From Myxococcota bacterium (lineage in GTDB: Bacteria; Myxococcota_A; Polyangia; Nannocystales; Nannocystaceae): 64,000 nt of DNA. Position 1 is the first letter of the stretch; each line of letters starts with the position of its first letter. The stretch covers positions 1-64,000 of the forward strand of contig JBCCHT010000021.1 of NCBI GenBank assembly GCA_039028615.1, given 5' to 3'. Made by a program: the position numbers and the translations under genes. This document shows positions 31,351 through 41,281 of this stretch, piece after piece. The notes below the pieces were generated by a model. That model was given only the letters and a program-made list of their open reading frames with translations, searched no databases and had not been told where the DNA came from.

Positions 31351-31495
31351 CGGCTGGGGTGCTTCCGGCTACCCCCGAATTGTGCACCGACATCCCTTGT
31401 CCGGGCGGTTTGCTCATCGCTTGCGGATGAAGGTGCGGCCAGGCCTGGCTTCACCGGTCTGGCCGCACGTACTGTTCACCGCCCCCTGCCTACAG

Positions 31496-31746
31496 TCAGT
31501 TGATCACCACAACGTGGGACCCACGGCGGTTCGTGTAGCCGATGGTGAAGCTCTCCTCCGCGCCGAGGGTGACCGCAGCAGCGATCACTTGGTCCATCGT
31601 GCCGAGCGAGAGACCTTGCCCTGCTCGGCACAGCCCTCGCAGAAGACAAAGTCCCGGTCGACGCATTCGCATCCACTACCGCCGGCGAGCGCGGTGGCGA
31701 GGCCAGAGGTCATGAGAACGCGCGTGATAATGCCCTTGTTGTTCAT
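31496..31746 (-). pseudogene. Probable frameshifted small secreted protein
   Basis: MNNKGIITRVLMTSGLATALAGGSGCECVDRDFVFCEGC stops at 58 aa; a shifted frame continues LSLGTMDQVIAAAVTLGAEESFTIGYTNRRGSHVVVIN* (hand-translated). Confidence 0.35.
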
Positions 31747-31890
31747 TTTGGTTTCGATCTGGTGTTGGTTCTCGCGAACACCTCAGGAGGTCCTCGACCC
31801 CGACCATCGGATCACGAGCGAGGCGAGAAACGGGCATCGGACCTCGGTCTTGCCTGCGGCCCGGGTCTGGATCTCGGCTCGCCTGGCGGC

Positions 31891-32793
31891 TCAGGACGCC
31901 TGCGCTTCCATGTAGTTCGCGAGCCAGTCGGCGAAGACTCGAACTCGGGGGATACGATTGCGTCCAGCTGGGGTGAGCAGGAACAAGGGGAACGCAGACA
32001 ACGACCAACCGGGAAGCACCCGAACCAGGCGGCCCTCGGCCACCGCCCGTTCGACATCCCATGCGTGCCGAATTCCTATCCCGATTCCGGCGAGCATCGC
32101 ATCGCCGAGGGCGGCACTGTTGTCGCACTCGAAGCGACCGTGGACCGGCACGACCTGCTCTCGGCCCTGGTCGCTGATCAACGTCCAGGTGTCCTGCGGG
32201 CGATCGCTGATGAAGCGCAGACACTCGTGTTCGCCGAGGTCCTCGGGTTGCTGGGGGATGCCCGCCCGAGCGAGGTACTCGGGTGTCGCCGCCAACACTG
32301 GCGCGAGGGGGGGCAGCGGACGCGCGGTATGGGTGCTGTCGGCGGGTCGTCCCACGTGCAGTGCGACGTCCCAACCCCCCGCCACCAAGTCGGTCGGTTG
32401 ATCGGAGAACGACAGCTGCAACGCGAGCCCCGGGTGGCGCTCGAGGAGCTCGGCCGCGGCCGTCATGACCCCCAATGACGCCGTGACGGTGGGCAGCACC
32501 GCCCGCACGGTTCCGCCGACATCACTCGCAACCGCGCGAACCTCCTCGGCCGCAGTCTCGAGCTCCACGAGGATCCGCCGACATCGACGATAAAATGCCC
32601 GCCCCTCGTCGGTGACATGCAGCCTGCGGGTGGTGCGCTGGAGCAGCCGGACGCCCAGGTCCTCTTCGAGCGCCGAGATACGGCGGCTCACCAGGGTCGG
32701 CGCGAGGCCCAACACCCGTCCCGCGGCGCTCAACCCCTCCGAATCGACCACCTGTACGAATACGCGTAGGGCTTCGATGCTCTCCAGCGCCAC
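31891..32793 (-). CDS. LysR-family regulator (CrgA-like)
   Basis: LRVFVQVVDSEGLSAAGR...VSRRISALEEDLGVRLLQRTTR; PRVRVFADWL. Confidence 0.94.
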   Translation of the reverse strand: MALESIEALRVFVQVVDSEGLSAAGRVLGLAPTLVSRRISALEEDLGVRLLQRTTRRLHVTDEGRAFYRRCRRILVELETAAEEVRAVASDVGGTVRAVLPTVTASLGVMTAAAELLERHPGLALQLSFSDQPTDLVAGGWDVALHVGRPADSTHTARPLPPLAPVLAATPEYLARAGIPQQPEDLGEHECLRFISDRPQDTWTLISDQGREQVVPVHGRFECDNSAALGDAMLAGIGIGIRHAWDVERAVAEGRLVRVLPGWSLSAFPLFLLTPAGRNRIPRVRVFADWLANYMEAQAS

Positions 32794-32909
32794 GCCACTT
32801 TGTACATTTTCGACAAAGTAATTGCCTTATTTATGGCCTTATCGTTCATAGTTATCCGGCTCAAGCTGCGTTCGCGCCCAACGATGGCGCCCACGAAAGC
32901 GAAGAGCCA

Positions 32910-33392
32910 ATGCAAACCGTCACCGTCACTCGCATCGTCCACGCCACCCCCGAGACCGTCTGGGAGCTTCTCGCCGACGTCACGGCAGTGTCGCAGTGGC
33001 ACCCGCAAGTCGCCACCGTCGACCTGCTCAGCACCAACGCCGTCGGGCTCGGGGCCACCCGTCGCTGCAACTTCCACGACGGCACCAGCGTGCGCGAAGA
33101 GGTGACCTCGGTCGAAAAGGGCCGGCGCCTACGTCTCACCTTGAGTGAGTTCAGCCTGCCCATGAAGAGCTTCGAGGTCGAGGTCACGCTGACCCCCACC
33201 TCGCGCGGTCAGACCCAGGTCTCCTTCGAGATGGTCTACGAGGTGAAGTTCGGGATCTTCGGGCGAGCGATGAATGCACTCGTCGTGCGGGGTCAGATGA
33301 GCAAGCTGCTCAACCGGGTCCTCGCCGGTCTCGACCATCACTCGGTCACGGGGGAGCTCATCGGCCAGGATTTCGTGGCCTCCGCCGCCTAG
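32910..33392 (+). CDS. SRPBCC/polyketide cyclase-like protein
   Basis: HATPETVWELLAD...WHPQV...GLGATRRC...YEVKFG; divergent from LysR across an AT-rich spacer with a GCCTTAT direct repeat. Confidence 0.9.
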   Translation: MQTVTVTRIVHATPETVWELLADVTAVSQWHPQVATVDLLSTNAVGLGATRRCNFHDGTSVREEVTSVEKGRRLRLTLSEFSLPMKSFEVEVTLTPTSRGQTQVSFEMVYEVKFGIFGRAMNALVVRGQMSKLLNRVLAGLDHHSVTGELIGQDFVASAA

Positions 33393-33420
33393 GATCGTAG
33401 CGGCGGTCGTTGTGCCCCGC

Positions 33421-34422
33421 TCAGATCTTCCCGATGAAGTGGGTGCCGGCCTGGCCGTCGAGCGCGGCTCGAAGGTGCGCTGCGTCCGTGATGAGACCAC
33501 GTCGGCCCGGCTGGCGTAGGAGGAACTCGTAGGTCGCAGCCACCTTGGGACCCATGGAGCCCATCGGGAACTGGTCGTCGTCCATGTATTGCTTGCACTC
33601 GGCCATGGTCACCGCGCCGAGTCTGCGCTGATGCGGCTCGCCGTAGTCCAGGTACACGCCGTCCACGGCGGTGAGGATGACGAGCAGGTCGGCCTCGACG
33701 TCGGCCGCGAGGATGCCCGAGGTGAGGTCTTTGTCGATCACGGCTTCGACCCCTTCGAAGTCGTTGGTCTCGGGGTCACCGACCATCGCGACGGGAATCC
33801 CACCCCCACCGCCCGCGATGACGATGCTCCCCGAGAGCGCGACCTGTCGGATGAGTTCGCGTTGCACGATGCGATGGGGCCGCGGGCTCGGCACGCGTCG
33901 CCGCCAGCCACGGCCGACATCCTCGCCGATGGTCCAGCCCAGCTGGTCGCGGTTGCGCTCGGCTTCCTCCTTGGTGAGGAATGGTCCCACCGGCTTGCTG
34001 GGGGCCTGGAACGCCGGGTCGGCCGGGTCGACGAGGACCTGCGTGAGCATGGTGACGACGAACCGGTGCTGGTCCTTGTGTCGCATCTCGTCGAGGAGGG
34101 CGCGCTGCAGCAGGTAGCCCAAGCCTCCTTGCGTCTGCGCGACGAGCATGTCCAAGGGCGACGGCGGCATCAGGTCGCGCGTGGCTTCCATGCGCTGCAA
34201 CAACACCCCCACTTGCGGGCCGTTGCCGTGGGTCAGTACGAGGTTGTAGCCGCGCTCGATGAAGGTGAGCAGCTCGGTACAGATGCGATGAGCATTGCGC
34301 TCGTGGTCTTCGTAGGTCCCGCGCTCGCCCGGCTGGATGAACGCATGCCCGCCCATCGCCACGACGGCGGTGGGAGCGTTGGACCGTGGTAGCGCCGTGG
34401 GGGGGGTCGTCGCCATGCTCAT
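33421..34422 (-). CDS. arcC: Carbamate kinase
   Basis: VVAMGGHA, THGNGPQVG, PSKPVGPF, RRRVPSPRP, GGGGIPV, GVEAVIDKD, GSMGPKV. Confidence 0.93.
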   Translation of the reverse strand: MSMATTPPTALPRSNAPTAVVAMGGHAFIQPGERGTYEDHERNAHRICTELLTFIERGYNLVLTHGNGPQVGVLLQRMEATRDLMPPSPLDMLVAQTQGGLGYLLQRALLDEMRHKDQHRFVVTMLTQVLVDPADPAFQAPSKPVGPFLTKEEAERNRDQLGWTIGEDVGRGWRRRVPSPRPHRIVQRELIRQVALSGSIVIAGGGGGIPVAMVGDPETNDFEGVEAVIDKDLTSGILAADVEADLLVILTAVDGVYLDYGEPHQRRLGAVTMAECKQYMDDDQFPMGSMGPKVAATYEFLLRQPGRRGLITDAAHLRAALDGQAGTHFIGKI

Positions 34423-34573
34423 ACCTTCGACTCGAGGAGGGGTCATCCGCCCGGAGGGACGGGACGACATGGTAGCGGGAACTCGGCAAACGGGCCTCCG
34501 ACCCGCGGAGTTACTCGTGATGTCGGTGCAGGTTCCCGAGGCGCTCGACGTCGTGATTGAGCTGGGGCGGCGC

Positions 34574-35455
34574 CTATCGCCGGTATTCGTGGAACCAGGT
34601 GCGAGCGAAGTTCGAGAACAGCAAGAACAGCGATCGCATCTTCGGTGTATCGGGCATCGCCACGGTCAAGCACAGCTCTCGTCCGAGCACGTCGGGCAGG
34701 ATCGGGACCTCGTCTCCCTGTTCTGGAAGATGCGCGTCGGGAAGACGAGCGATGCCGCCCCCCCGCAGCATGGTGCGACGCAGCATGGCTACGTCGGGCG
34801 AGATCAGCGAGCTGTACACGAAGAAACTCCCTCCATCGCGGAGGGGCCAGCGGTCGGCGTCTCCCCCGAGCGGCTCCCACGACAGCAGACGGTGCTCGTG
34901 CAGGTCGTCGAGACACTCGATGGGACCGTGGCGAGCGAGATAGTCGGCGCTGGCGAAGACCCGCTCCTCCGCGCGGAGCAGCACCGTGCTGAGCCAAGGG
35001 CCGTGCGTGGGCCGGGGCCCGAGGTAGTAGGCAATGTCCGCCTGATCCGGCAACAGTGCCATCGGATCGGGGGAGGGCGCGATCGTCAGACGAAGCCGGG
35101 GAAAGCGGAGCAACGCCTGACGCGTGACCGCGGCGAGCATGCCGGCGTGCGCTCCGCTGAGCGTCGCCAAGCGATACTCCCCCGCGAGTTCATCCGGCGC
35201 GCCGCCCCGCATGCGTCGGAGCAGCGCTTCGCTCAACCGCAGCAGGTCCTTCCCTTCTCGAACGATCAACTCCGCCGCTGGAGTCCACACGAGGGCGCGC
35301 TCGTGGACCTCGAGCAGGGGTACCCCGACCTGCGCCTCCAGCTCGTCGATGCGCCGTCGAACGAGCTTGGACGAGTAGCCGAGTGCCTTGGCGGCTCGCG
35401 AGAGGCTGCCGGCTTCCTCCACTGCGACCAAAACTCGGAGGCGTTCGAGATCCAT
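34574..35455 (-). CDS. LysR-family regulator
   Basis: MDLERLRVLVAVEEAGSLSRAAKALG...IDELEAQVGVPLL; paralogue of 38123-39013. Confidence 0.9.
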   Translation of the reverse strand: MDLERLRVLVAVEEAGSLSRAAKALGYSSKLVRRRIDELEAQVGVPLLEVHERALVWTPAAELIVREGKDLLRLSEALLRRMRGGAPDELAGEYRLATLSGAHAGMLAAVTRQALLRFPRLRLTIAPSPDPMALLPDQADIAYYLGPRPTHGPWLSTVLLRAEERVFASADYLARHGPIECLDDLHEHRLLSWEPLGGDADRWPLRDGGSFFVYSSLISPDVAMLRRTMLRGGGIARLPDAHLPEQGDEVPILPDVLGRELCLTVAMPDTPKMRSLFLLFSNFARTWFHEYRR

Positions 35456-35572
35456 CGCCGATACCCGAAGAGTTCCAGTGTGAATCGTAGGCGACGTCGG
35501 CGTTCTTCGTCACGCATCCCGACTTCGAGGCGCAGTAGGCGTTTCGAAGGCGTGCTCGGATGCGCGGGTTGT

Positions 35573-36697
35573 TCAGGCGTCCTGGCAGCCGTAGACCCAG
35601 GCCTCGTCCGAGGCGAGGAATCCTCGGTATGCGTCCCACATCGACGTGAACGAGAACAGGGAGTCGTAGTGCTTCGGAAATCGCTCGCGGAGCCGGGGTA
35701 GATCGGGACTCGGCACCCCGGGAAAGTCGTGGTGCTCGACGTGGTTGGTCAGGCCCCAGAAGATGAAGTTGGTCGAGCCGCCGTAGGTGCTCGTCGTGGG
35801 CTGACACTGGTCCCCGTGGTGGGTCGTCTTGTGGATCGTGACCCAGAACAGAATGTAGGGGTGGAGCAAGAACCCTTTGACGAACAGGAACGACAGGAGC
35901 AGGAACAACGGCGCCTTCCACCCGAACAGCGACCAGAACACTGCTTGGACGCATGTCACCATCAGCAAGTGTCGCAACGCAGAGCCCCTGGCCCGGTGTC
36001 TCGTAGAGGAGACCCCGCGCTTCGAGCCCAGCGTTTCGATCAAGAAGAACAGCCCGTGGCGAATGAACAGCAGGTTGGTAATCAGAAAGTCGACGAGCGG
36101 AAACACTCCCACCAACACCTTGGCCGGGCTCGATCGAAACAGGCCGGGGGTGCGCGAGCGCGGGCGGCCATCGGGCGTGGCCTTGACGCGGTAGAACGAC
36201 GAGATGGCGAGGGCGTCTGCATCTCGGTCGTGCCCGAACATCACCTCCTGCACACTGTCCCGCGCCAGGTTCTTGTGGTGCGCGATGTGATGCCAGCGAT
36301 AGTAGAGATAAAGAGAAAGGTCGGGGTGGGGGAGCATGCACAGGCGCATGAGGAATGCCTGCACGAGGGGGTTCCCGGTCAGGGCGACGCTCCGATGGGT
36401 GACGTCGTGAAGGAAATTGTGCGATCCCCAGCCGAGGAACGCACCGATCGTTGCGCTCGAGAGCAGTACCCACTCAATGGGCAGCCGGCCACAGATCGCA
36501 GCCATCGTCAGCTGGGCGGCCGTGAGGACGAAAATGGTGACCAGCGACGAACGCCGCCGGACGTGGAGGGCCCGAATGAAGGACCGGTGCTCTGTCGCCA
36601 TCGTTCGCGCCCGAGTTCGATGCCATCGAGCCGCGTCGGCCCCGAACGTCGCGTCGCGATTCCCCCTGGGGGGCCCGTCCAGTCGCGAGCGGTTCAT
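35573..36697 (-). CDS. Membrane fatty-acid desaturase, sphingolipid delta-4 desaturase (DES1)-like
   Basis: His boxes HDVTH, HHIAHH, HVEHH; HVEHHDFPGVP..DLPRL tail typical of the DES1 family; ATGA overlap with upstream gene. Confidence 0.85.
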   Translation of the reverse strand: MNRSRLDGPPRGNRDATFGADAARWHRTRARTMATEHRSFIRALHVRRRSSLVTIFVLTAAQLTMAAICGRLPIEWVLLSSATIGAFLGWGSHNFLHDVTHRSVALTGNPLVQAFLMRLCMLPHPDLSLYLYYRWHHIAHHKNLARDSVQEVMFGHDRDADALAISSFYRVKATPDGRPRSRTPGLFRSSPAKVLVGVFPLVDFLITNLLFIRHGLFFLIETLGSKRGVSSTRHRARGSALRHLLMVTCVQAVFWSLFGWKAPLFLLLSFLFVKGFLLHPYILFWVTIHKTTHHGDQCQPTTSTYGGSTNFIFWGLTNHVEHHDFPGVPSPDLPRLRERFPKHYDSLFSFTSMWDAYRGFLASDEAWVYGCQDA

Positions 36698-37539
36698 TGG
36701 GGGCCTCGTTGTTCGGACTCGGACCGGCGGCCTCGCGCCGTGCCTGGCCTCCACCGAAGCGAAGCCCCGGCGATGTCCCGAAGCTCGAGTGGGACCCAAC
36801 AGGCCAGCGCGTGCCCGTGGCGTGACCAGCCGGGGACGCGCTCGCAGAAGAACTGCACATCGAGATCGTCCGGCGTGCCCAGCTTTCGCTCGAGCCAGTC
36901 CGGTCGCGGGTGGTACATCGGGGTGGCGATGGCCCAGGGGCAGTGGCGCAGCCGTGGCCAGCCCCGCTCATCGAGCATCGAGCTCATGACCTCGGCGATG
37001 TCCCCGGGCGGCTCGCCAGAGTGGTCGGGCCGGCTGGGATAGACCCTCGGCATCGTGCGGCAGAACAGGCGGTAGGGCGCGGGCGTGTGAGCGAGCCCGA
37101 GATAGCCCAGCCGCACGGAGGGATGACGAAGCTTGATACGCATCGCCTCTCGCAGACCGAACGCCGCTGCCACTCGACCGCCTCGGTAGCGGGTGTCGAT
37201 ATAGACCCCGGCCGACAATGCCCCGTAGCGGTGACCGCCCGCGCCCACCACGGAGCGCCGCATCGAGCAGAACCCGGCGAGCTGACGATCTGCGCCGTAG
37301 AACAAGCCGAGCACGACGTCCTGTCGATCGAGGAAGAAACTCTCGAAGGCCTCGATACCGAATCCCTCGTAATAGGCCGAGAAGATTCGGAACAGCTCGC
37401 CGCGCAGGAATAGACGCCGGTCCGGTCCGACTCGGGCCCATCGTACGCGTACCGTGCGAACGACGGGGATACGCCCGCGACGCTGTGGGTCGTGCCCCCG
37501 AGCGGAGTCGTGCGAATTCGAGATAGTCGCGTGTTTCAA
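36694..37539 (-). CDS. Hypothetical protein, probable GNAT-like acyltransferase fold
   Basis: LAGFCSM...AGVYIDTRYRGG resembles GNAT motif A; start uncertain (TTG 37539 has AAGGA RBS). Confidence 0.6.
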   Translation of the reverse strand: MKHATISNSHDSARGHDPQRRGRIPVVRTVRVRWARVGPDRRLFLRGELFRIFSAYYEGFGIEAFESFFLDRQDVVLGLFYGADRQLAGFCSMRRSVVGAGGHRYGALSAGVYIDTRYRGGRVAAAFGLREAMRIKLRHPSVRLGYLGLAHTPAPYRLFCRTMPRVYPSRPDHSGEPPGDIAEVMSSMLDERGWPRLRHCPWAIATPMYHPRPDWLERKLGTPDDLDVQFFCERVPGWSRHGHALACWVPLELRDIAGASLRWRPGTARGRRSESEQRGPQ

Positions 37540-37853
37540 TACCGTTGTTCCTTTCCTGAAATCTCTCGAAATCGAGGAGCGTGGATTCACGCCGATGCGC
37601 CCGAGGACGCATCCATGTGACTCACGGTCGACGTTCGAGCGTGATCGTCGAATGTCCGTTTTCGATAGTGGACTCCGACTCCGCATGAATGCGGGCGTCG
37701 GCAGAGCCATCAACACACCTACTGAAGGCTCACTTTGGGGATAGCAGCGCGAGCGTCACCTCGAAAGCGACGCTTTCAACCACCCCCGTGGTCCGATCCG
37801 GCCACCCTTCGAATCGCGAGACTTCGATCGCTTCGAAGGGGCGCCGTGTCGCG

Positions 37854-38126
37854 CTACTTGTCTGCCAGCTTCCGTGCGGCGTGCAGTAGGGCACGGTGCC
37901 GCTCGATGAGCTCGGTGCCATGCTCCTGCAGGATCCTGCCGGCCGGCGTCAGATGGACTCCAGTCGAGTCCGCCCACAGCAGCGGGACCTCGACGAGGCG
38001 CTCGAGAGTTTCGAGGGTCCTGCGTACCTTCGAGCGCGAGATGCCCAGCTCCACCGACGCTCCCTTGACGCTCCCCACTTCAATGATCGTGAGGAAGACG
38101 CGGAGAGCCTCCAGATCTCCGCTCAT
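37854..38126 (-). CDS. LysR-type HTH-only protein (90 aa)
   Basis: LRVFLTIIEVGSVKGASVELGISRSKVRRTLETLE...LTPAG; no effector domain; ATGA-coupled to upstream LysR. Confidence 0.8.
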   Translation of the reverse strand: MSGDLEALRVFLTIIEVGSVKGASVELGISRSKVRRTLETLERLVEVPLLWADSTGVHLTPAGRILQEHGTELIERHRALLHAARKLADK

Positions 38127-39013
38127 CCTCTGAACTCCTCGTAGGCGCCGCGGACGACGCCCGAAAGGAGCAGGAAGAGCTGCCTCATCTTGGGCGTGTC
38201 GGGCATTGTCACGACCAAACTGATCTCCCGACCCAATCGCTCGGGGAGCACCGGAACGAAGTCGCCCCCCGCCGGAGAGAGCTTCGGCAGTCCGCCGTAG
38301 GGCACACGGGCGACTCCGGTGCCCTCGGCGATGGCACGACGCAGCAACGCGATGTTGCGGGTGACCAGCGAACTCTGCACGAAGAAACTCCCCCCATCAC
38401 GCAAGGGCCAACGATCGGCATCGCCGTCGGGAGGATCCCACGATAATAGGCAATGGGCGCGCAGTTCCTCGAGACTCTCGATGGGCCCGTGACGCTCGAT
38501 GTAGTCGCGGCTGGCCAGCACACATTCCTCGAGCCGCTGGACCGTCGCGCTGAGCCAAGCGCCCTCTGGCGGCCGAGAACCGATATACACGGCCATGTCC
38601 GCGCGTTCGGGCAGCAGCGCCATCGGGTCGAGCGCCGGGGTCGCCTTCAGGCGCAGCTTCGGGAACCGCTTCAACACCTGACTCATGATGAACGCCACCG
38701 CGTCCGGATGAGACCCGGTGGGATAGGCAAAGCGGTACTCGCCGACGAGTTCACTGGCCCCACTCCGCATTCGGCCGCGAAGAGTCTCACTCCACGACAG
38801 CAGGGCCTTGCCTTCCCGAGCAAGGAGCTTTGCCGACGCGGTCCAGGTGAGATCGTGTCCGCTCCCCTCGAGAAGCGTCACGCCCACTTGTTGTTCCAAT
38901 TCGTCAATGCGCCTGCGCAGGACCCGGGGCGAGCATCCGAGCGCCCGACTCGCCCGCGAGAGGCTCCCCTCGTCGACCGCGGTGACCAGCGCCTGAAGCC
39001 GTTCGAGATCCAT
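38123..39013 (-). CDS. LysR-family regulator
   Basis: MDLERLQALVTAVDEGSLSRASRALG; shares DADRWPLRDGGSFFV and MPDTPKMR.LFLL with 34574-35455. Confidence 0.9.
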   Translation of the reverse strand: MDLERLQALVTAVDEGSLSRASRALGCSPRVLRRRIDELEQQVGVTLLEGSGHDLTWTASAKLLAREGKALLSWSETLRGRMRSGASELVGEYRFAYPTGSHPDAVAFIMSQVLKRFPKLRLKATPALDPMALLPERADMAVYIGSRPPEGAWLSATVQRLEECVLASRDYIERHGPIESLEELRAHCLLSWDPPDGDADRWPLRDGGSFFVQSSLVTRNIALLRRAIAEGTGVARVPYGGLPKLSPAGGDFVPVLPERLGREISLVVTMPDTPKMRQLFLLLSGVVRGAYEEFRG

Positions 39014-39318
39014 CGTCCGCCGACACCGTTGGAGTGACCCCCTCGCACGCTGAACCCTGACGTGCCGATCGACTCCCCAAGTGTGTGTAGCAACGTAGCA
39101 CAACGGCGTTGGAGTCGATCAGCCACGAATCCGACCGTGCCTGCTCGCTTCGGTCGATCATCGCCGGTGGAAGGAACCCCATCTCGTCGTAGGGCGGCGC
39201 TGCGCGTTCTCTGCGATCTGGTGGTCCCCGCTCCTCGAGCGCATCGAGTTCGGGCTCGTCGGCGGACGAGGGACCCCTGGAGCGCCGCCGCGGTGTCGCT
39301 CACCGCGGCGCTCGCGGC

Positions 39319-41046
39319 CTACTTCTCGACCTCGAACGAAAACTGGACGATGGTCCCGCCGTCGTCGTCCGCGGCCTTGATCTTGGCGACCATGTCGGCC
39401 ACGGGCGTATTGATCCAACCGTCGTTGTCGTCGTAGAGCCCGAAGTTGTTGGCCACCGTCTTGGCATTGTTGCCGAGCTCGTTGAAGTCGCGCGGAGATC
39501 GAGTGTCCTCCCGCCTCGTCTCGTAGTTGATGCAGAAAAATGGCGGAATGGAGCCCAGCCCGCAGTCTCCGTAGTTCTCGTCGTATTCGGGGTGGGCGGG
39601 GTCCCCGTAGATGTCGTTCCACGACTCCTGGATGTTCTTGGCCGTCTTTGCGCCGCCGAGGAAGTACCCCACTGGCTCGGAGTTCTTGCACGCCTGACGT
39701 GCGGGTCCTTCGGGCCACTTTGTGCACTCGTCGGCGTCGTATTGCGCGGTGAGGAAGATGCCAAAGTCACTGGCCATGGAGACGCCGACGAAACTGAAGA
39801 AGCTGTCGAAGATGGCTTGGGAGCCGTGCGCCGTGACCGAGGCCTGAATCCGAGAGTTGAGCCGGTACGTCACTTGATCGAAGGGGACGAGCTTGACCAG
39901 GTCGTTCACCTTGTTCAGGTCCTCCTGAACCTCGCGACCCGCGTGACCGTCGTCCTTGCCCACCACGACGATGTGCTTGCGGAAGTCGAACGCGTCGACG
40001 GAGTCCTTGACGTAGGTGCCGACATCCTTGGGCTTGGGGTCGTCGACCGGTTGCCCGCCTTTCTTCCACTTGTCTCGAAGCGCTGGATACTCCTCTGGAA
40101 AGCTATACGTGGCGACCCAGTCCGCGACGTTGATGAGGGCGGGGATGATATCGCCCCACTTCACCTCCCAGTGTGAGCTGCTGACCGTTCGGCTCACCGC
40201 GAGGTTCTTCGGCTGCGTGCCCTTGAGCAGCTCCCACTTGTTGGCGTTCTTGGTGTAGCGGTGGGTGCCAGCGATGAACTCACCCTTGCCCGTGGAGTTC
40301 CCGCTCTTGTGCCGCGTGGAGGCCTGGTTCGAGATCGCGATCTTGCCGTGGTACTCGGCTTCCATCCGCACGGTCGCCGAGGGAGCATCGAAGATCCGGT
40401 TGTGGTCGTCGTCGTAGCAGATGTTCATCACCCGCACGAATGCGAACCCATCGCGATTTTCGATGAAGCCCGGGTCGCCGTTCTTCTCGCCGTGGACGGT
40501 GCGGTCGGTCATCGTCGTGAACATGGCCGCCAATGCGGGCCCTTCGCGGCTGATGTACTTGGTCACGCCGTGCTCGGGATGATGCACCGAGATGAAGACC
40601 TCCTCGGCCGGGCTGACGCGATCGGGAAGCTCGGTGTGGGGATTGATCGCGACAACGCACTGAGGCCCCGAATCCTTGGCAGCATGGGCTGCGAGGTGGT
40701 TGGCGAGCGCGGCCTTGGTGGAGACGCATGTCGCCGCATCGATGGTCGGGTCGTCTCCGACCTTCGTGCAGAATTCATCGGTGGATTGCCCGAGAGCCAT
40801 CGGGTCCGCCGCTGCCAGTGCAGACTCGAAGGCGTTGCTACCGGGGTCGGCCCAGCTGTCGATGTCGTCGAATACGTCTTCGGGCACGAATACGGTGGTG
40901 AGGCGGTTGTTCTTCTCGCATTCGGCTTGCGAGCGCTCCTGGGCGTCGTCGTTGCGGGGTTGTTCGTCACAACCTGCGGCCGCCATACATAGGGCCAGGC
41001 CGCAGGCGAGCGAACGGTATGAGGGTGCTACGGTCTCGTGTTTCAT
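39319..41046 (-). CDS. Large lipoprotein, hypothetical (575 aa)
   Basis: LALCMAAAGC lipobox; long ORF with coding-like GC3 bias. Confidence 0.8.
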   Translation of the reverse strand: MKHETVAPSYRSLACGLALCMAAAGCDEQPRNDDAQERSQAECEKNNRLTTVFVPEDVFDDIDSWADPGSNAFESALAAADPMALGQSTDEFCTKVGDDPTIDAATCVSTKAALANHLAAHAAKDSGPQCVVAINPHTELPDRVSPAEEVFISVHHPEHGVTKYISREGPALAAMFTTMTDRTVHGEKNGDPGFIENRDGFAFVRVMNICYDDDHNRIFDAPSATVRMEAEYHGKIAISNQASTRHKSGNSTGKGEFIAGTHRYTKNANKWELLKGTQPKNLAVSRTVSSSHWEVKWGDIIPALINVADWVATYSFPEEYPALRDKWKKGGQPVDDPKPKDVGTYVKDSVDAFDFRKHIVVVGKDDGHAGREVQEDLNKVNDLVKLVPFDQVTYRLNSRIQASVTAHGSQAIFDSFFSFVGVSMASDFGIFLTAQYDADECTKWPEGPARQACKNSEPVGYFLGGAKTAKNIQESWNDIYGDPAHPEYDENYGDCGLGSIPPFFCINYETRREDTRSPRDFNELGNNAKTVANNFGLYDDNDGWINTPVADMVAKIKAADDDGGTIVQFSFEVEK

Positions 41047-41281
41047 CGCGATCGGGACTCCTCGTCGCCCAGGTGCGGCGCCCCGGGGGCGTCATAGGGC
41101 CTGGCCAGGTCGGTCGCAGCTGCGCAGCGTCGGCTTCGATAGAGCAGTCACTCCACCGCCGCGATGTCATTCACTGCGCGCTTCGCTCCTTGGTCTGCCC
41201 GCACCGGCGGTGGTCTGCGTAGGTCCGGCCGTCTGCGTGCCAGCGTCGTCGGCGTGCGAGATGAGGGTCCCGACTTGGGCG

